Shown: piece by piece, positions 1 through 12,202 of the stretch
How positions within the stretch are numbered: the stretch's first letter is position 1
Layout of the letters: each line of letters opens with the position of its first letter
DNA from: Camelus dromedarius
Lineage: Eukaryota
Reading direction: 5' to 3'
Assembly (NCBI RefSeq): GCF_036321535.1
Contig: NC_087437.1
Coordinates: 28,026,001 to 28,090,000 of the forward strand
DNA: 64,000 nucleotides
Made by a program: the position numbers and the translations under genes
Notes under the pieces: model-generated
Database searches by the model: none
The model's input: only the letters and a program-made list of their open reading frames with translations
Told to the model about the DNA's origin: nothing

Positions 1-599
1 TTAAAAGAAGATTAATTTTTAAATGTCTTCCTCATTAACTCACCCAAAGCTTCATATGACAGTAGTGGTCTTTTCTAACAAATACAGCAATCTTTAAATT
101 TATTTTCAATTTCTGAGCCCGTGGATATTTGCTTTGCAGTGTTGTAGCAGTTTTCAAAACCAGAGATCAAATAATTTGAAGAATTCTAATAATTTCTGCT
201 GTTCTTAATTGCAATGTCTATGTTTACACTTTTATTTTGTAATAATCTAATGACAGTTTAATTGGTTAAACACTGTCCTGTCCCAGTGCTTAAGCAAGAG
301 ATTTAATATTTGTGGCATCTAAGGATGAACGGACACGTCAGCTTCCCATAACGATCCCTATACTGCACCCTTGCAGAGCCTCTCCTTTCTCCCAGTTCCT
401 GGCCTCAGCCAGTCCCACCGTGCTGTACACTGCACACCTGCTAGGTGGTCAGGCCAGTTGATCTGAGCACACACTGAGCACACACACTGCTGCCTACTGT
501 GCCTACCAGCCTGAGCATCTAAAATAGTGTCATTTAACTTACTTCTGTTATTGGTAAATTACATCATCTCTTTATTTCTGATTAGTCTGATTAGAGGGT

Positions 600-1450
600 G
601 ATCAATTGTATGGTTTCTTTTCAAAGAATCAATCTTTAGTTCTTTTTTAGTTCTCTTTACCTGTTTTCCTTTTTATTGATTTTTGGATTTTTTCCCTCTT
701 TAGTCTTTCCTCCATACTTTTGAGTTTAATTTTCTAATCTAACTCTAAATTCTTAGTGGAGGAAGCTTAGATCACTCCCCTTAGACCTTTCTTCTCTTCT
801 AATATATTTATTTAAAGCTATACATTTTATTCCAATCAGTGCTTTATCTGCATTCTACAAATTTTGTTATGCTATGGTTTCATTTTCAATTGGTTCAAAA
901 TATTTTTTTTTCAATTTGTCCAGATGTATCTCTTCCTTGACCAATGAGTTATTTAAAAGTTTGTTGTTTAATTTCCCCATAAATAATTATGTTTCTGATT
1001 TTTATTTTAATTATAGTATGGACAGAGAACATACTCTGTATGATTTTAATCCTTTTTAACTTGTTGAGATTTTCTTTCCCAAATTTGTCATGTGATATGT
1101 CTTTTTTCTTTTTTTCATGTGGCATATCTTTGTGAAAGTTCTACATGCAGTTGAAAAGAATGTGTATTTCTGCTGTCATTGGAATGTCCTCAATATGTTG
1201 ATTAATTCTTTTGGGTTGATAGAGTTTTTCAAATTTTCTATATGCTTACCATTTTCCTATTTACTTTGTCAATTAATGAGATAGGAGTGCCAATTTCCAA
1301 CGGATAATTCTGGATATTTCTATTTCTCCTTTCAGTTTTTTCAGTTCTTATTTCCTGTATTATGAAGCCCTATTAGTGTATACATACACATTTTAGGATT
1401 GCTATGTCTGCTTGGAGAACTAACCTTTTTGTCATTATGATTCCTGATAA
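600..1450 (-). mobile_element. Ancient degenerate L1 fragment, antisense, in AADAC intron 1
   Basis: T-rich sequence with antisense L1 ORF2-like phrases (e.g. TTGAAAAGAATGTGTATTTCTGCTGT, TATTTCTCCTTTCAGTT); boundaries approximate. Confidence 0.6.
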
Positions 1451-1483
1451 TAAGCCTTTTTTTCAGAAGCGTCTATGATCATA

Positions 1484-1679
1484 CAGTTATGTCTCATTAT
1501 CAGAGGGGGCAGGGGTTGGTTGCAGGAGCCCCCTCAGATACCAAAATCTGTGGATGCTCAGGTATCTTATATAAAATTGTATAGAACAATGAATGCAGTC
1601 ATTCCTCCTATCAGTGGGTTTTGCAAACGTGGTTTCAACCAGTCTGAGATCTAAACCCTAAGTTATAGAGGGCTGACTG
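1484..1679. mobile_element. TcMar-Tigger-derived MITE (MER2/MER46-like)
   Basis: Starts CAGT, ends ACTG, flanked by TA at 1482-1483 and 1680-1681; contains GATACCAAAATCTGTGGATGCTCA typical of MER2-type ends. Confidence 0.7.
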
Positions 1680-2235
1680 TATTTTGCTTTCTTAACATAA
1701 CTGTATTAAGATTTCTCTTTTACCATCATTTTAATAAAATTTGGAGAAATAAGGGGAGATTAAAATAGTGCTTATTCCACCATCTTGTCATATAAACCAT
1801 TCCTTTTAAATTATATACTTGAAAAATGAGTACTTTTGTTCCTTGGAGCCCCAGTCATTCTAGGCCTTTCATAAAACAAATATTAAAGTCTTTTGTCTAT
1901 CAAATCGTTAGTCTGTTTCTTATTTTTTGTGAGTTTGTTTGTATTCTAGATACTAGTATTTTCTTATTTAAAGTATTGCAAGTATCATTATTCACATTGT
2001 GGCTTATCTTTTCAATTGCTTTATAAGATATTTTTATTAATATAAATTCTTAATCTTAACCAAAATGAATGTATCAGTGTATCTAATGATAGTTTCTGGG
2101 TTTCTTAAATTTTTAATATATGTGAGTATATTCTATTAAATTCTTAAGGACTCTTTCCTCTCATTTATCCTCATGGAATCTGGAATAGCAAATGACTTGT
2201 AGTTCTCTGTCATCACATTTTTGTTTTTCTCTAGG

Positions 2236-2612
2236 CTAAACTCATTTACTCTAACTGAAAGGCCTTTTGCTCAGTTGATCAGCCAAACTCTACTTCCCCT
2301 TCAAGCCTCAGGACAACTACAAGCTAAAAACCCTTTTCCTTCCCCAGCATCTTCACAACTATTCCAAAGAATTTTGCCCCTGTTTATAGATAGAAGGGTG
2401 TCCTTTTATAACTTAAGTCTTTCATTTGGCTCTGAATTTTTTGAGAATCAAAATTTTGCCTTGTTCTGCTGGGCATTCACACTGTTTAGCGCAGAAAGAT
2501 ATATTCCGTATTACTATTCCCATCGGGTCAATGTTTAATAAAGATTAGTGTCACTTATGGTAGTTCATTATATATATATAGCATTTGGATTTCTGTATGT
2601 TCCAGTGGTATC
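2236..2612 (+). repeat. Left arm of ~375-bp inverted repeat flanking AADAC exon 2
   Basis: Reverse complement of 3899-4272; ORF-track peptides 2221+ and 4027- share QLQAKNPFPSPASSQLFQRILPLFIDRRVSFYNLSLSFGS. Confidence 0.97.
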
Positions 2613-2737
2613 ATGGCTGCTTTTTCTGAGAGTACATAATTAAGACTTTGGGATCACATTGAATATTAGTGTGTACTTCTTTGTTCAAAACATTTTTGAC
2701 ACTGAGAATGTTTGTGTATATTTGTGTTTCATTTTAG

Positions 2738-2960
2738 TCCCTGTTTGCTGAAATATTGGGATTAAACAACTCCATGGAATCCATGATGTTCTTTTCAAGG
2801 TTTCAAAGTGTTCCACCAACATCAGATGAAAATGTAACTGTGAGAGATACAACATTTAATGACATTCCTGTCCGTATATATGTGCCCCAACGGAAGCCAA
2901 AATCTTTAAGAAGAGGCTTGTTTTATATCCATGGTGGTGGCTGGTGTTGGGGTAGTAATG
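2738..2960 (+). CDS. AADAC: AADAC exon 2 (223 nt), contains HGGG oxyanion motif
   Basis: ttttag|TCC acceptor and ATG|gtaagg donor; encodes [13 protein letters not shown]...[10 protein letters not shown]...[17 protein letters not shown], matching AADAC. Confidence 0.95.
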
Positions 2961-3898
2961 GTAAGGTGATATGATGGAAAATTCACTTCATATAATATAA
3001 TTAACTATTCTCGTATTATGATCTACAATTAAATATGTTCCTGCTTCTGAAATTATTTTCATTAAAGAAACATGAATTAATGTAGCTTTTGAAATCTCAA
3101 TCTAAAGTTTATTAACATTTAGAATTTAAAACATTTTTATTACAAAAATTATAAGAGTTTCTGATCCTACCGTGCACTGACAAACTTGCAAATTTTACAG
3201 AATGAAGATTAAGCTCCTTGGCAAACAGAAAAATTTTTGTCTTTTGAGGTTACTAATATATTGCTAGAAATGTCTTATTTATCTTTCAAGGCTCCAATAA
3301 TTGTTTTCCAAGTATGCTTTCCTAATGTGCCCATATAGAGGTGGAAAGACTTTACATTTATTTAAATTAAATGTTAAGGTTTAGTATGATTTCTTGCAAT
3401 CATCTCCTGCTTAACAGTGAAGGACTAAATAATGTTTTTCTCCCATTTATTTTTTTCTCCAACAACATTTCTATCCCTTTCCCAGATCAAATGTACTCCA
3501 GAAAAATAGTTTAGTTTTTATGCTGAAATAAAACATTTAGGATCTTTTTTTATGTAGGATATTACAATGGACAGGATCAGATTAAAAGTAAAAAGACTGT
3601 TCAAGGCTCAAGGTTCAGGACCCTGAGAGTGTGGTTTGCAAGGGAAAGACATGCCACTTTGCCCTGCTGGATTTATGCCCAATGGGGAAGCAGGCAATCA
3701 GAGAAGTCCAAACAGATCTTCTAAAGTGTGGGGCCCAGAGCAGAGTCCCAGTTCCCTAAGCCTAAAGGGGATTCTGATTACCAGTGTTCTAGATTGGGTG
3801 ACTTAGAGAGTGCAGGCATGAAGTTATTTTCAAATGGTGAGGGAAGAACTGACAGTCATTCCTTGTGACTAAGAATTCCTTGTGACTAAGACCTGTCA

Positions 3899-4272
3899 GA
3901 TACCACCAGAAGATATAGAAATCCAAATGCTGTATTACCATATGATGAATTACCATACGTGACACTAATCTTTATTTAAACATTCACCCAATAGGAATAT
4001 TAATATGGAATATTCTGTGCTAAATACTATGAATGCCCAGCACAACCATGCAAACTTCTGATTCTCAAAAAATTAGAACCAAATGAAAGACTTAAGTTAT
4101 AAAAGGACACCCTTCTATCTATAAACAGGGGCAAAATTCTTTGGAACAGTTGTGAAGATGCTGGGGAAGGAAAAGGGTTTTTAGCTTGTAGTTGCACTGA
4201 GGCTTGAAGGGAAAGTAGAGTCTGGATGATCAACTGAGCAGAAGGCCTTTCAGTCAGATTAAATGAGTTTAG
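3899..4272 (-). repeat. Right arm of inverted repeat flanking AADAC exon 2
   Basis: Reverse complement of 2236-2612; core has 1 mismatch in 116 nt. Confidence 0.97.
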
Positions 4273-4570
4273 AGATCTGAGGGCCAAGTTTCGCCAACAC
4301 AGAGAAGGAGGGACAAGTCTTGCTATGAGAGGGAAGAAAAAGAAGCCCTTCTGTGGAGAGACTGTATGTTGGCAGTGGGAATACAGAAAGGAACTGACAG
4401 AGGTGCTGTCTGATTACTATCAATAAGAGGTATCATTAACTGCTGTTGATAAAGTTGTGTTTCTAAAAAAATTGTTTTACCACAGTTTTTCAAACAGGCC
4501 CCACTACTCAAAGCTTTCCTCCTCAAACTTATTTTGCTAAACTTGTACCTGTGTGAGTGCCAATTTCCAA

Positions 4571-4587
4571 CACACACACACACACAC
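4571..4587. repeat. (CA)n microsatellite
   Basis: Directly visible CA run. Confidence 0.85.
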
Positions 4588-5143
4588 TTCTCATAGGAAA
4601 TATTTATACAAACTTGCAGTGTCTAATCTACTCAAATCCTTTCTAAATTCTACTCAGAACCCCTGGGAAGATTAATGAGAAATCTCTCCCTATATCTCAA
4701 CACTACTTTCTACTCACCTCAGTTAAGGCAGTTATTTTTTGTAGTTTGTTCTTGACCTATATTTCTACTCCTGTACCTCCATAGATATGAGCTCCTTAAA
4801 GTTAGAGAATATATCTCTTCAAATTTGCATTCCCAGACTCTAACTACATGGCAGTCACATAATAGGCAGCTAAACAAAGCTAGTTTGGGATAAACAATTA
4901 AAAATTTTAGCAAATGGAAAGGAAAGCCAATCAAGGGCAAGTTGAAGGGTCACCAAAAAGAATGATTCACATTCTATTGAGATGTGAGTATGTGCATTTA
5001 TCAACATGAACCAAGTATTAGATTTTTCTTTAGGTAATATTTCAAGATAACGGGCAGAAAAATAAAGTTATCACAGTAAACTTTACTCTTAGCAGTATTT
5101 TTTAATTCTCATTAGTAGTCCAGTTTTTTTTCTTTTATTTCAG

Positions 5144-5213
5144 CTTATGAAAGCTATGACCTTCTATCAAGATGGACAGCAGACAAACTTGATGCAGTTA
5201 TCGTATCAACCAA
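5144..5213 (+). CDS. AADAC: AADAC exon 3 (70 nt)
   Basis: tttcag|CT acceptor, CAA|gtaag donor; phase-compatible with exons 2 and 4; encodes (A)YESYDLLSRWTADKLDAVIVST(N). Confidence 0.95.
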
Positions 5214-6288
5214 GTAAGAGCTGTGTTGATTTGATTTTAGGCCACATGCATTACATATCAATATATAATCAACTATATAGAGTGTCTCATTATGCCAAAA
5301 ATTCATCTTTGTCACTGATGACACTGAGTGTGGACAGAGAAACCTAATGTCAGAGACTGTCCAGTCCAGTATCAGAGAGAAAAGACATACACACATTTTT
5401 CAAGAAGGAACAAAGGCCAGAAAGTCAAGAAGTTGTTCAAGTGAAATTAGCCTATAGTATCACATGGACTTAACTACCATCTCTGGACTTTTTTCCCCTA
5501 TAATTAGCAGAATATTAAGGATGAGGACTTTGGAGCCAGAGGACTGGGATTAAATGTAGGCTCTACAAATTGGTGACTATGTGATATCTTAAAAATATTT
5601 AACTCTAAATAATAATAATTTGCATATTTCAGCATTGATACAGGGATTAAATGTTATAATCATTTAACAGTGCTTGGAATGGTGCCTAGAACCTAGTAAT
5701 CCATTGATGAAAGCAACCATTACCGAAGATAACCATGAAAGTTAAGACAGAACATATCTCAAAGTCCATTCTAGAGCACACTTTAGAAAAAGTAGAGGGG
5801 TTTTAATTTTCTATAGAACACATTCTCTGTGAGAATCTACTTAAACCTTAAAAAATGCAGAATTAATGGACTAATATGTAATAGTCATGCGAAATTGAAC
5901 TATTTTGATAAGGCTGGAAAAGTAATTCTGGAAATGCAAATAAGTAATAATAATGACTGATTCTTTACAAAAAGATTTGGCAATTATCAAAAACATCATT
6001 CTATAAATATTTTTAGCTAGGAAAAGATAACTGCTAGGACATTTTCCTCAAGATTGAACGAAATTTTGCATTCAAACTTTACATTTTGATTACCAAAAAA
6101 TGGCAGTATTTAGTGACTGTCAGTCAGATTTTATGATTAGGAAGAGCACGGTTTTCAGTTAATAGAAAACATTCAAATATATTAGTAAAAACAAAATTTT
6201 ATTTTTGGTTTTGGATCAGGAGTACATACCTTGTTTTGGTATGTGACTAAAAATCGGTGATTGAGGAATATTGTTTTTCTATCTACAG

Positions 6289-6460
6289 CTACAGACTAGC
6301 CCCAAAGTATCATTTTCCTATTCAATTTGAAGATGTATACACTGCATTAAAATGGTTTTTACACCCCAACGTTCTTGAAAACTACGGTGTAGATCCCAGA
6401 AGAGTTGGTATCTCTGGAGATAGTGCTGGAGGAAATTTAGCTGCAGCCGTGACTCAGCAG
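6289..6460 (+). CDS. AADAC: AADAC exon 4 (172 nt), catalytic Ser motif GDSAG
   Basis: ctacag|C acceptor, CAG|gtaaaa donor; [16 protein letters not shown]...[18 protein letters not shown]. Confidence 0.96.
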
Positions 6461-7119
6461 GTAAAATGCTCAACATCTTCACTTACTGTATTTTCTTTTA
6501 TCTTTTATTTAATAATTTTTGATTCATACATTTAAATTATGAATATAATATATAAATATTTTTCTTTTACTTATTTATGGAACATTGAGAAGAATAATTT
6601 CATACTTTAATACTTTTTTTATGTAAAATGCTGACACAATTTCCTATGTACTATACTGGCATTTTTACTGAGAGAAAATCATAAATGATAACAGTACCTG
6701 TAATTGCGAAGTCAGAATATTGTATATAACCTGAGTATATACTATAATATATGTATGTGTGCTTGCCAGAAACAAATACAGGTCATCACTAAAAGAAGGC
6801 AACATGATCCCAGGTTTTAATTTATTCCTAAACTAATTTTTTATTTCAATAATCAATAGAGAGTTGAAGGTAAGCACAGACAAAGAGGAAAATAAGAACT
6901 AGTTAACAGAAAAAAATATATAGCCCAGATTCAGATATTGTTATCATTAGAAAAAACGCTTTAATGGAATGTATTTAATGTAAATAAAAAATGTATTTTA
7001 AAAGTTGGAAATACGTTCATGGAAGAAACTATAGAAAGTAATATGAGATATTTGAAAAGTAAACAAATAAAACTTCAAAAAATGAAAATGCTAATCATCA
7101 AACATACTTTCAATGTACG

Positions 7120-7345
7120 CTTTTTAAAGACTTTATATTTTTAGAGCAGTTTAGATTCACAACAAAATTGAGAGAAAGGTAAGACATTTTCAATATACTC
7201 TCTGTCACACATACATAGCCTCCCCCAATATCAACATCCCCCATCAGAGTGGTACATTTGTTACAATTAATGAACTTATATTGACACATCATAGTCATCC
7301 AAAGTCCACAGTTTTTATTAAGGTTACACTCCTTGTGTTACAATG
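7120..7345 (-). mobile_element. L1MC-like 3' end fragment
   Basis: TTTTAGAGCAGTTTAGATTCACAACAAAATTGAG...CATCAGAGTGGTACATTTGTTACAAT resembles the reverse strand of an L1MC 3' UTR. Confidence 0.75.
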
Positions 7346-7598
7346 TAGGTGTTTGTTATAGATTGACTGCAATGTAACAATATAGCAAACTGGAAGACGG
7401 ATCAGAAGAATTATTTATAATATTGAACAGAGAGATTAAAAGATAGAAAATACAAAATAATGAGAACAGACATTAAGAATGTGGTGAGAAAGACTAATAC
7501 GAATATATCCTTCTATTCTAAGGACAAAATGAGGATATTTTTTGAGAAATAAAAATTCAAGAGAATTCACAACCCAGTATACTGTCATTTTGGATTTT

Positions 7599-7746
7599 TG
7601 GGGGGGATTTTGGGGGGGTAATTAAATTTATTTACTTATGTGGGTTTTATTGTTTGTTTATTTGTTTTAAATGAAGGTACTGGTGATTGAACCCAAGACC
7701 TCATGCCTACTAAGCACACACTTTACCACTGGGCCATATCCTCCCT
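7599..7746 (-). mobile_element. tRNA-derived SINE (camelid Vic-1-like) with 17-bp TSD
   Basis: Minus strand reads GGGAGGATATGGCCCAGTGGTAAAG...GGGTTCAATCACCAGTACC (A and B boxes) plus A-rich tail; TSD CTGTCA(T/C)TTTGGATTTT at 7582-7598 and 7747-7763. Confidence 0.85.
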
Positions 7747-8819
7747 CTGTCACTTTGGATTTTAAAGAGGATTAGTTCAGGCAGAGGAATATTAACCTCA
7801 AACAGAGTATCAAAAAGGCAGGAAGAATAAAGAGCAGGAAAAAAATGGTAAATATATTGACAAACCAAAGTGAAAATAAACATTGACTGTATAAAACAAT
7901 AACAATTGTGTCCTGTGAGATTTAAAAATAGAAAGAAATTAATATACACAATGACAATAGCCAGTACATGAAGAGAATAAACAAAATATTAAAGTGTTCT
8001 AATAACTTTCTATTGTCTAAGAAGATAATAAAGATATAATAATGGACACTGATAAATTAATGAATTTGATTTTAATCCATAGTGTAACCTATAAAAGAAT
8101 TCTTTAAAAATGTACAAATAAGATATCATAGGGTGATATCATGGAATGATAAAACAATATTCCAAAAGAATGCAAAAGAGAGGAAAAAAAACTCATGGAA
8201 TAGGTGAGACAAACAGAATGCACAATAATAAATAAATTTAATAAACTTAAACCAAATATATTAATAAAAATTTTAATGTAGGTGGACTAAAAATTCAGAT
8301 AGAATACAAAAAATGGCAAACTGAGTAAAATTTAAAAACCCAACATAAGTTGTGTGAACAAGATGCAGTAAAATTTAGGTATATAGATAGGCAGAAAGAA
8401 AAAGGATAGTAAAAGATATGTCATGCAAATACTAATTAGTATAGTTATTTTATAATCAGATTAAATAGTGTTAGAAAAAAACTATTACTAGAGTTAACAT
8501 GCAACATTCCTAATTATAATTCCACTCAACTGGAAGATGGAAAAACCCTATGAATTTATATGCAATTAGTAACATAGTCTCAAAATACACAGAGCAAAAT
8601 TAATGGAAAAATAAACTAATTAATACCAATAGCGGAAGAATTTTACTAACCTCTTTCAGTAATTGTTAGAACAGCCTAACAAATTTGAACTAATGAATAT
8701 AAAATAATAAACAACAGAATGTTCATTCTTTTCAAACACACAAAATATTTTTTCTAACCAAGCATATGTGGAGTCATAAACCAAGTCTCAATCAATTCAA
8801 AGGACTGAAACCAGATAGA

Positions 8820-9001
8820 CCTGCTATATGCATAGCAGAGTCTGTGGACTAGCAGCATTAGCAGCATCTGGGCACTTGTTAGAGATGCAAAATCATGGGT
8901 CTTACCATAGACTTCCTGAATGAATGAATAGTAACAAGTAATAGTATGAATAGTAACAAGAATTTCAAGTGATTTGTATGCACAATTGAATTTGAGAAAT
9001 C
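8820..9001. mobile_element. MER5A-like hAT-Charlie DNA transposon remnant
   Basis: GGACTAGCAGCATTAGCAGCATCTGGGCACTTGTTAGAGATGCAAA...AACAAG...GTGATTTGTATGCACA...TTTGAGAA. Confidence 0.65.
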
Positions 9002-9711
9002 AAGTTGTTTTGATTATGTCTCTCTCCATAGTTAGAATAATGCTTTGGATAACTAATAAAATATCACTAGAAAACCCCATATGTTTTGAAGTTAAAATAC
9101 CTTCCTGATTAATCCAAATGTGAAAGAAGAAATCACAATGAAAATCTGAAAATCTTTTGAACTGCATTATAATAAAAATATTACACATTATGCTCTAGGA
9201 AATACAGCTGTATCAGTACCCAGAGGAAAATATACAGTCTTAAATAAATATATAAAAATTACTAAAATTAACAAGTCAGCATCCATTTCATGAAATTTTT
9301 AAAAAAGGTCTAAAAAGTAGAAGGAAAGATGAAATGAGAGAAAAAGGAGATGAGAAAGATGAGAACATAAGAGGTGAAATAGAACAGACACAATAGGATC
9401 AACAAAGTCACCAAATGTGGTTCCTTGAAAAAAGTATTAAAAATAATTAATCTCTGGTGAGACTGACCCAAAAAATAGAGGGGTATCTTAATAAACCAAT
9501 ACAGGGAATGAAAAGGGGAATATAACTAAATATCTTGGCAGATATTTAAAAAATACAATAGCATATACTTTGAACATCTTTACTGCAATAATATACATTT
9601 ATATTTATTTGAAATGGAAAGATTTATTGAAGAAGAACTGACTCTAGGAAAATATAAAACAAAGATTATCCTATTATCATGAAATAAATTGGATGATCAT
9701 TTTAATATATT

Positions 9712-9760
9712 TACACACACACACACACAGACACACACACGCACACACACAGACCACACA
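9712..9760. repeat. Interrupted (CA)n microsatellite
   Basis: Directly visible. Confidence 0.9.
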
Positions 9761-11124
9761 GACTTCAGGATCAAACAGCTTTAAACACAAATTCTAACAA
9801 GTATTTTTTTTTAAAGACATAGCTCTACTTCTAAAAAGGAATCCAAAAAGTTGGAAAAGTTACATTTTGAGAAGCTAATATACCTTGATTCTTAACCTGA
9901 CAAGGCCAGTTCAAGAAGGAAATATCAGACATTCACATTTATGAACATAGATACAAAATCCTGAACTAAAATACTACCAAACAAAATTAAGCAATACGTT
10001 AAAAGGGTAATATATCATGATTATCTTGAGTTTATTCTAGTAGAGTGTGATAGGTTTAATATTAAAATAATTCTTAATACAATTCTCCAAGTTAATAATT
10101 TAAAGAAGAAAATTATATAATTATCTCAATAAAAGTAAATTGTTTACAGATAATTTTAAGCATCTATAAAGATGAAACATTAGAAAGCTGTGAATAGAAG
10201 AGAATTTCCTAAATTTGAAAAAATACTTAAAAAAAAAAAACAAAAACCCTTAAAAGAAATGTCGTATTTAATGGGTAGTTATTAAAAGTATTCTCTTTGA
10301 GATTGGTTACAAACTCACTACCATTGTACCTGAAGTCCTGGCCAGTGCTCTAAATGATAAGCAGGCAATGCCATTTTTTTAGTGTGCTAATCAGTTTGAC
10401 ACTTCTTGAGTATACCAGTGCTTCAGGTGTGTACAAGTTAAAGTTGGTAGTGTTTGGAAAAAAAAATCTTTTGAAATTCTGAAATTTTTAATTTACCCAA
10501 ACATTAGTGTGCAATAATAATAATAAAAAAAAATGGGTTACTAGATACATATTTTATGACTGACAGAATAATCATTTTGTCCCAGTAGCAGAAGCACATT
10601 GAAGGATAAATTAGCTTAGAAGAAAACTTAAAATTCTATTGCTCCTGGGAAAAAAAAAGGACTAGATCTAGAAAAGATAGAGCATTACTCAAAAAAATTA
10701 AAAATTAATAATTCCACATGGTTTAGTTTTATCAAACATTGAACATCTCTTCAGTTTCAGAGCTATCTCCTTCCCATTTCAATGCTTGTTGACATAATTA
10801 GCTATTTAAAATATTCTTAATGAAAAAGAGGATCAAACATATTCAATGCCTCAGATTATAAGTTTAGGTTATATTGGTATAAAATTCACATTATAATAAA
10901 AGATCCTCTTTCACATCCTATGAGGAGAGTGGTACAGATTATTTTTGTTTTGGAAATTAATTTATGAATATCTAGTACTAAAATTTATTTGATATTAAGA
11001 TTCTTATTTTTTATCAAAATATTGTGTATTTTTTTAAGGATTTTAAATTTTAGAATACATTTTTTACAGTGCATTTTTTTTTATTAAAGTGTTCATTTAA
11101 GCAACATATTCTGATTTTTTTCAG

Positions 11125-11721
11125 CTATTAGAAGACCCAGATGTCAAGATCAAACTCAAGGTCCAGTCTTTAATATATCCTGCCCTTCAGAATTTTGATA
11201 TGGATTTACCATCATATAGAGAAAATTCACATTTTCCAATTCTGTCCAAATCACTCATGGTCAGATTCTGGAGTGAGTATTTTACTACAGATAGGTCACT
11301 TGAGAAAGCAATGCTTTCTAACCAACATATACCTCTGGAATCAATTCATCAGTTCAAATTAGTTAACTGGAGTTCTTTGCTTCCTGAGAAGTTTAAGAAA
11401 GGCCACATTTATAAGACTCCAACTCATGGCAGTTCAGAGCTGGCTAAAAAATATCCAGGTTTTCTAGATGTGAAAGCTTCACCTTTGCTAGCTGATGACA
11501 ACAAGTTGCGTAATTTACCCCTGACCTATATCATCACTTGTCAATATGATGTCTTAAGAGATGATGGGCTCATGTACGTTACTCGACTTCGGAATTCTGG
11601 AGTCCAGGTGGTCCATAGCCACGTGGAGGGTGCATTCCATGGGACAGTTTCTTTTCTGTTTATGAAAATTGGTTATAGGCTAGCCAACCAGTATATTAGT
11701 TGGCTAGATGAAAACCTGTAG
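11125..11721 (+). CDS. AADAC: AADAC exon 5 coding part (597 nt incl. TAG), catalytic Asp and His
   Basis: tttcag|CTA acceptor; [22 protein letters not shown]...[11 protein letters not shown]...GAFHG...WLDENL*; exons 2-5 join without frameshift or stop. Confidence 0.96.
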   Translation, partial: LLEDPDVKIKLKVQSLIYPALQNFDMDLPSYRENSHFPILSKSLMVRFWSEYFTTDRSLEKAMLSNQHIPLESIHQFKLVNWSSLLPEKFKKGHIYKTPTHGSSELAKKYPGFLDVKASPLLADDNKLRNLPLTYIITCQYDVLRDDGLMYVTRLRNSGVQVVHSHVEGAFHGTVSFLFMKIGYRLANQYISWLDENL

Positions 11722-12196
11722 TAAAAATCTGATCAATATAGTAAAATGTAAGCCCCCATGTTTCAGGAAAAAAGAACTAATACCCAATGGATTCATGTTA
11801 GGAATGCATGTTTTATAGGCAAAAGTCTTCCTAAATCTGCATGTATGTAATTGTTATTGTCAATGAATTAGTCTCAGGGTAATTCACTCACCTTTGTTTC
11901 TTAGAGTGTATTAGATTATATTTTTCTGTTGTTGTTATCATTTAAAAATATCTATTTTCTTACATTACTTTCATTTTTGTTGCTTGATACATTTTATTGC
12001 AATTAGAAGAAATGTCTGCTTGTTTAACATCAAGGCTTTACTCAGCATGGTTTCAGATCCTTGGAGAAGCTCCATTTATTGCTAGTATGAACGAAGTTGT
12101 TACTCTTTCTAAATATTTTTGTCCCAGTTCAGTGTCACCTTTCTACCATTGTAAAATATATTGCTTAATGCATAACCCAACTCCTTAGTCCAAGAC

Positions 12197-12202
12197 AATA
12201 AA
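12197..12202 (+). terminator. Candidate AADAC polyadenylation signal AATAAA
   Basis: First canonical AATAAA I found after the stop codon, ~475 nt downstream. Confidence 0.55.

Larger units (their letters stand above)
7380..10350 (+). mobile_element. Ancient degenerate L1 (ORF1/ORF2 remnants) in AADAC intron 4, interrupted by other repeats
   Basis: A-rich sequence with ORF2-like remnants (e.g. ATGAACATAGATACAAAATCCTGAACTAAAATACTACCAAAC, compare [14 protein letters not shown]); boundaries approximate. Confidence 0.65.

Noticed and set aside
2221..2538. 105-aa ORF and its 86-aa twin at 4027-4287 as a duplicated small protein gene
   Set aside because: Both begin at TTG rather than ATG, lie in introns and share peptide only because they are the two repeat arms; the frames diverge outside the core.
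1..2737. Exon 1 of the functional AADAC gene
   Set aside because: No MGRKS-like exon found; it must lie upstream of position 1.
3858..3891. Short perfect tandem duplications (17 nt here; others near 8925, 17915, 58478)
   Set aside because: Typical slippage duplications with no shared motif.
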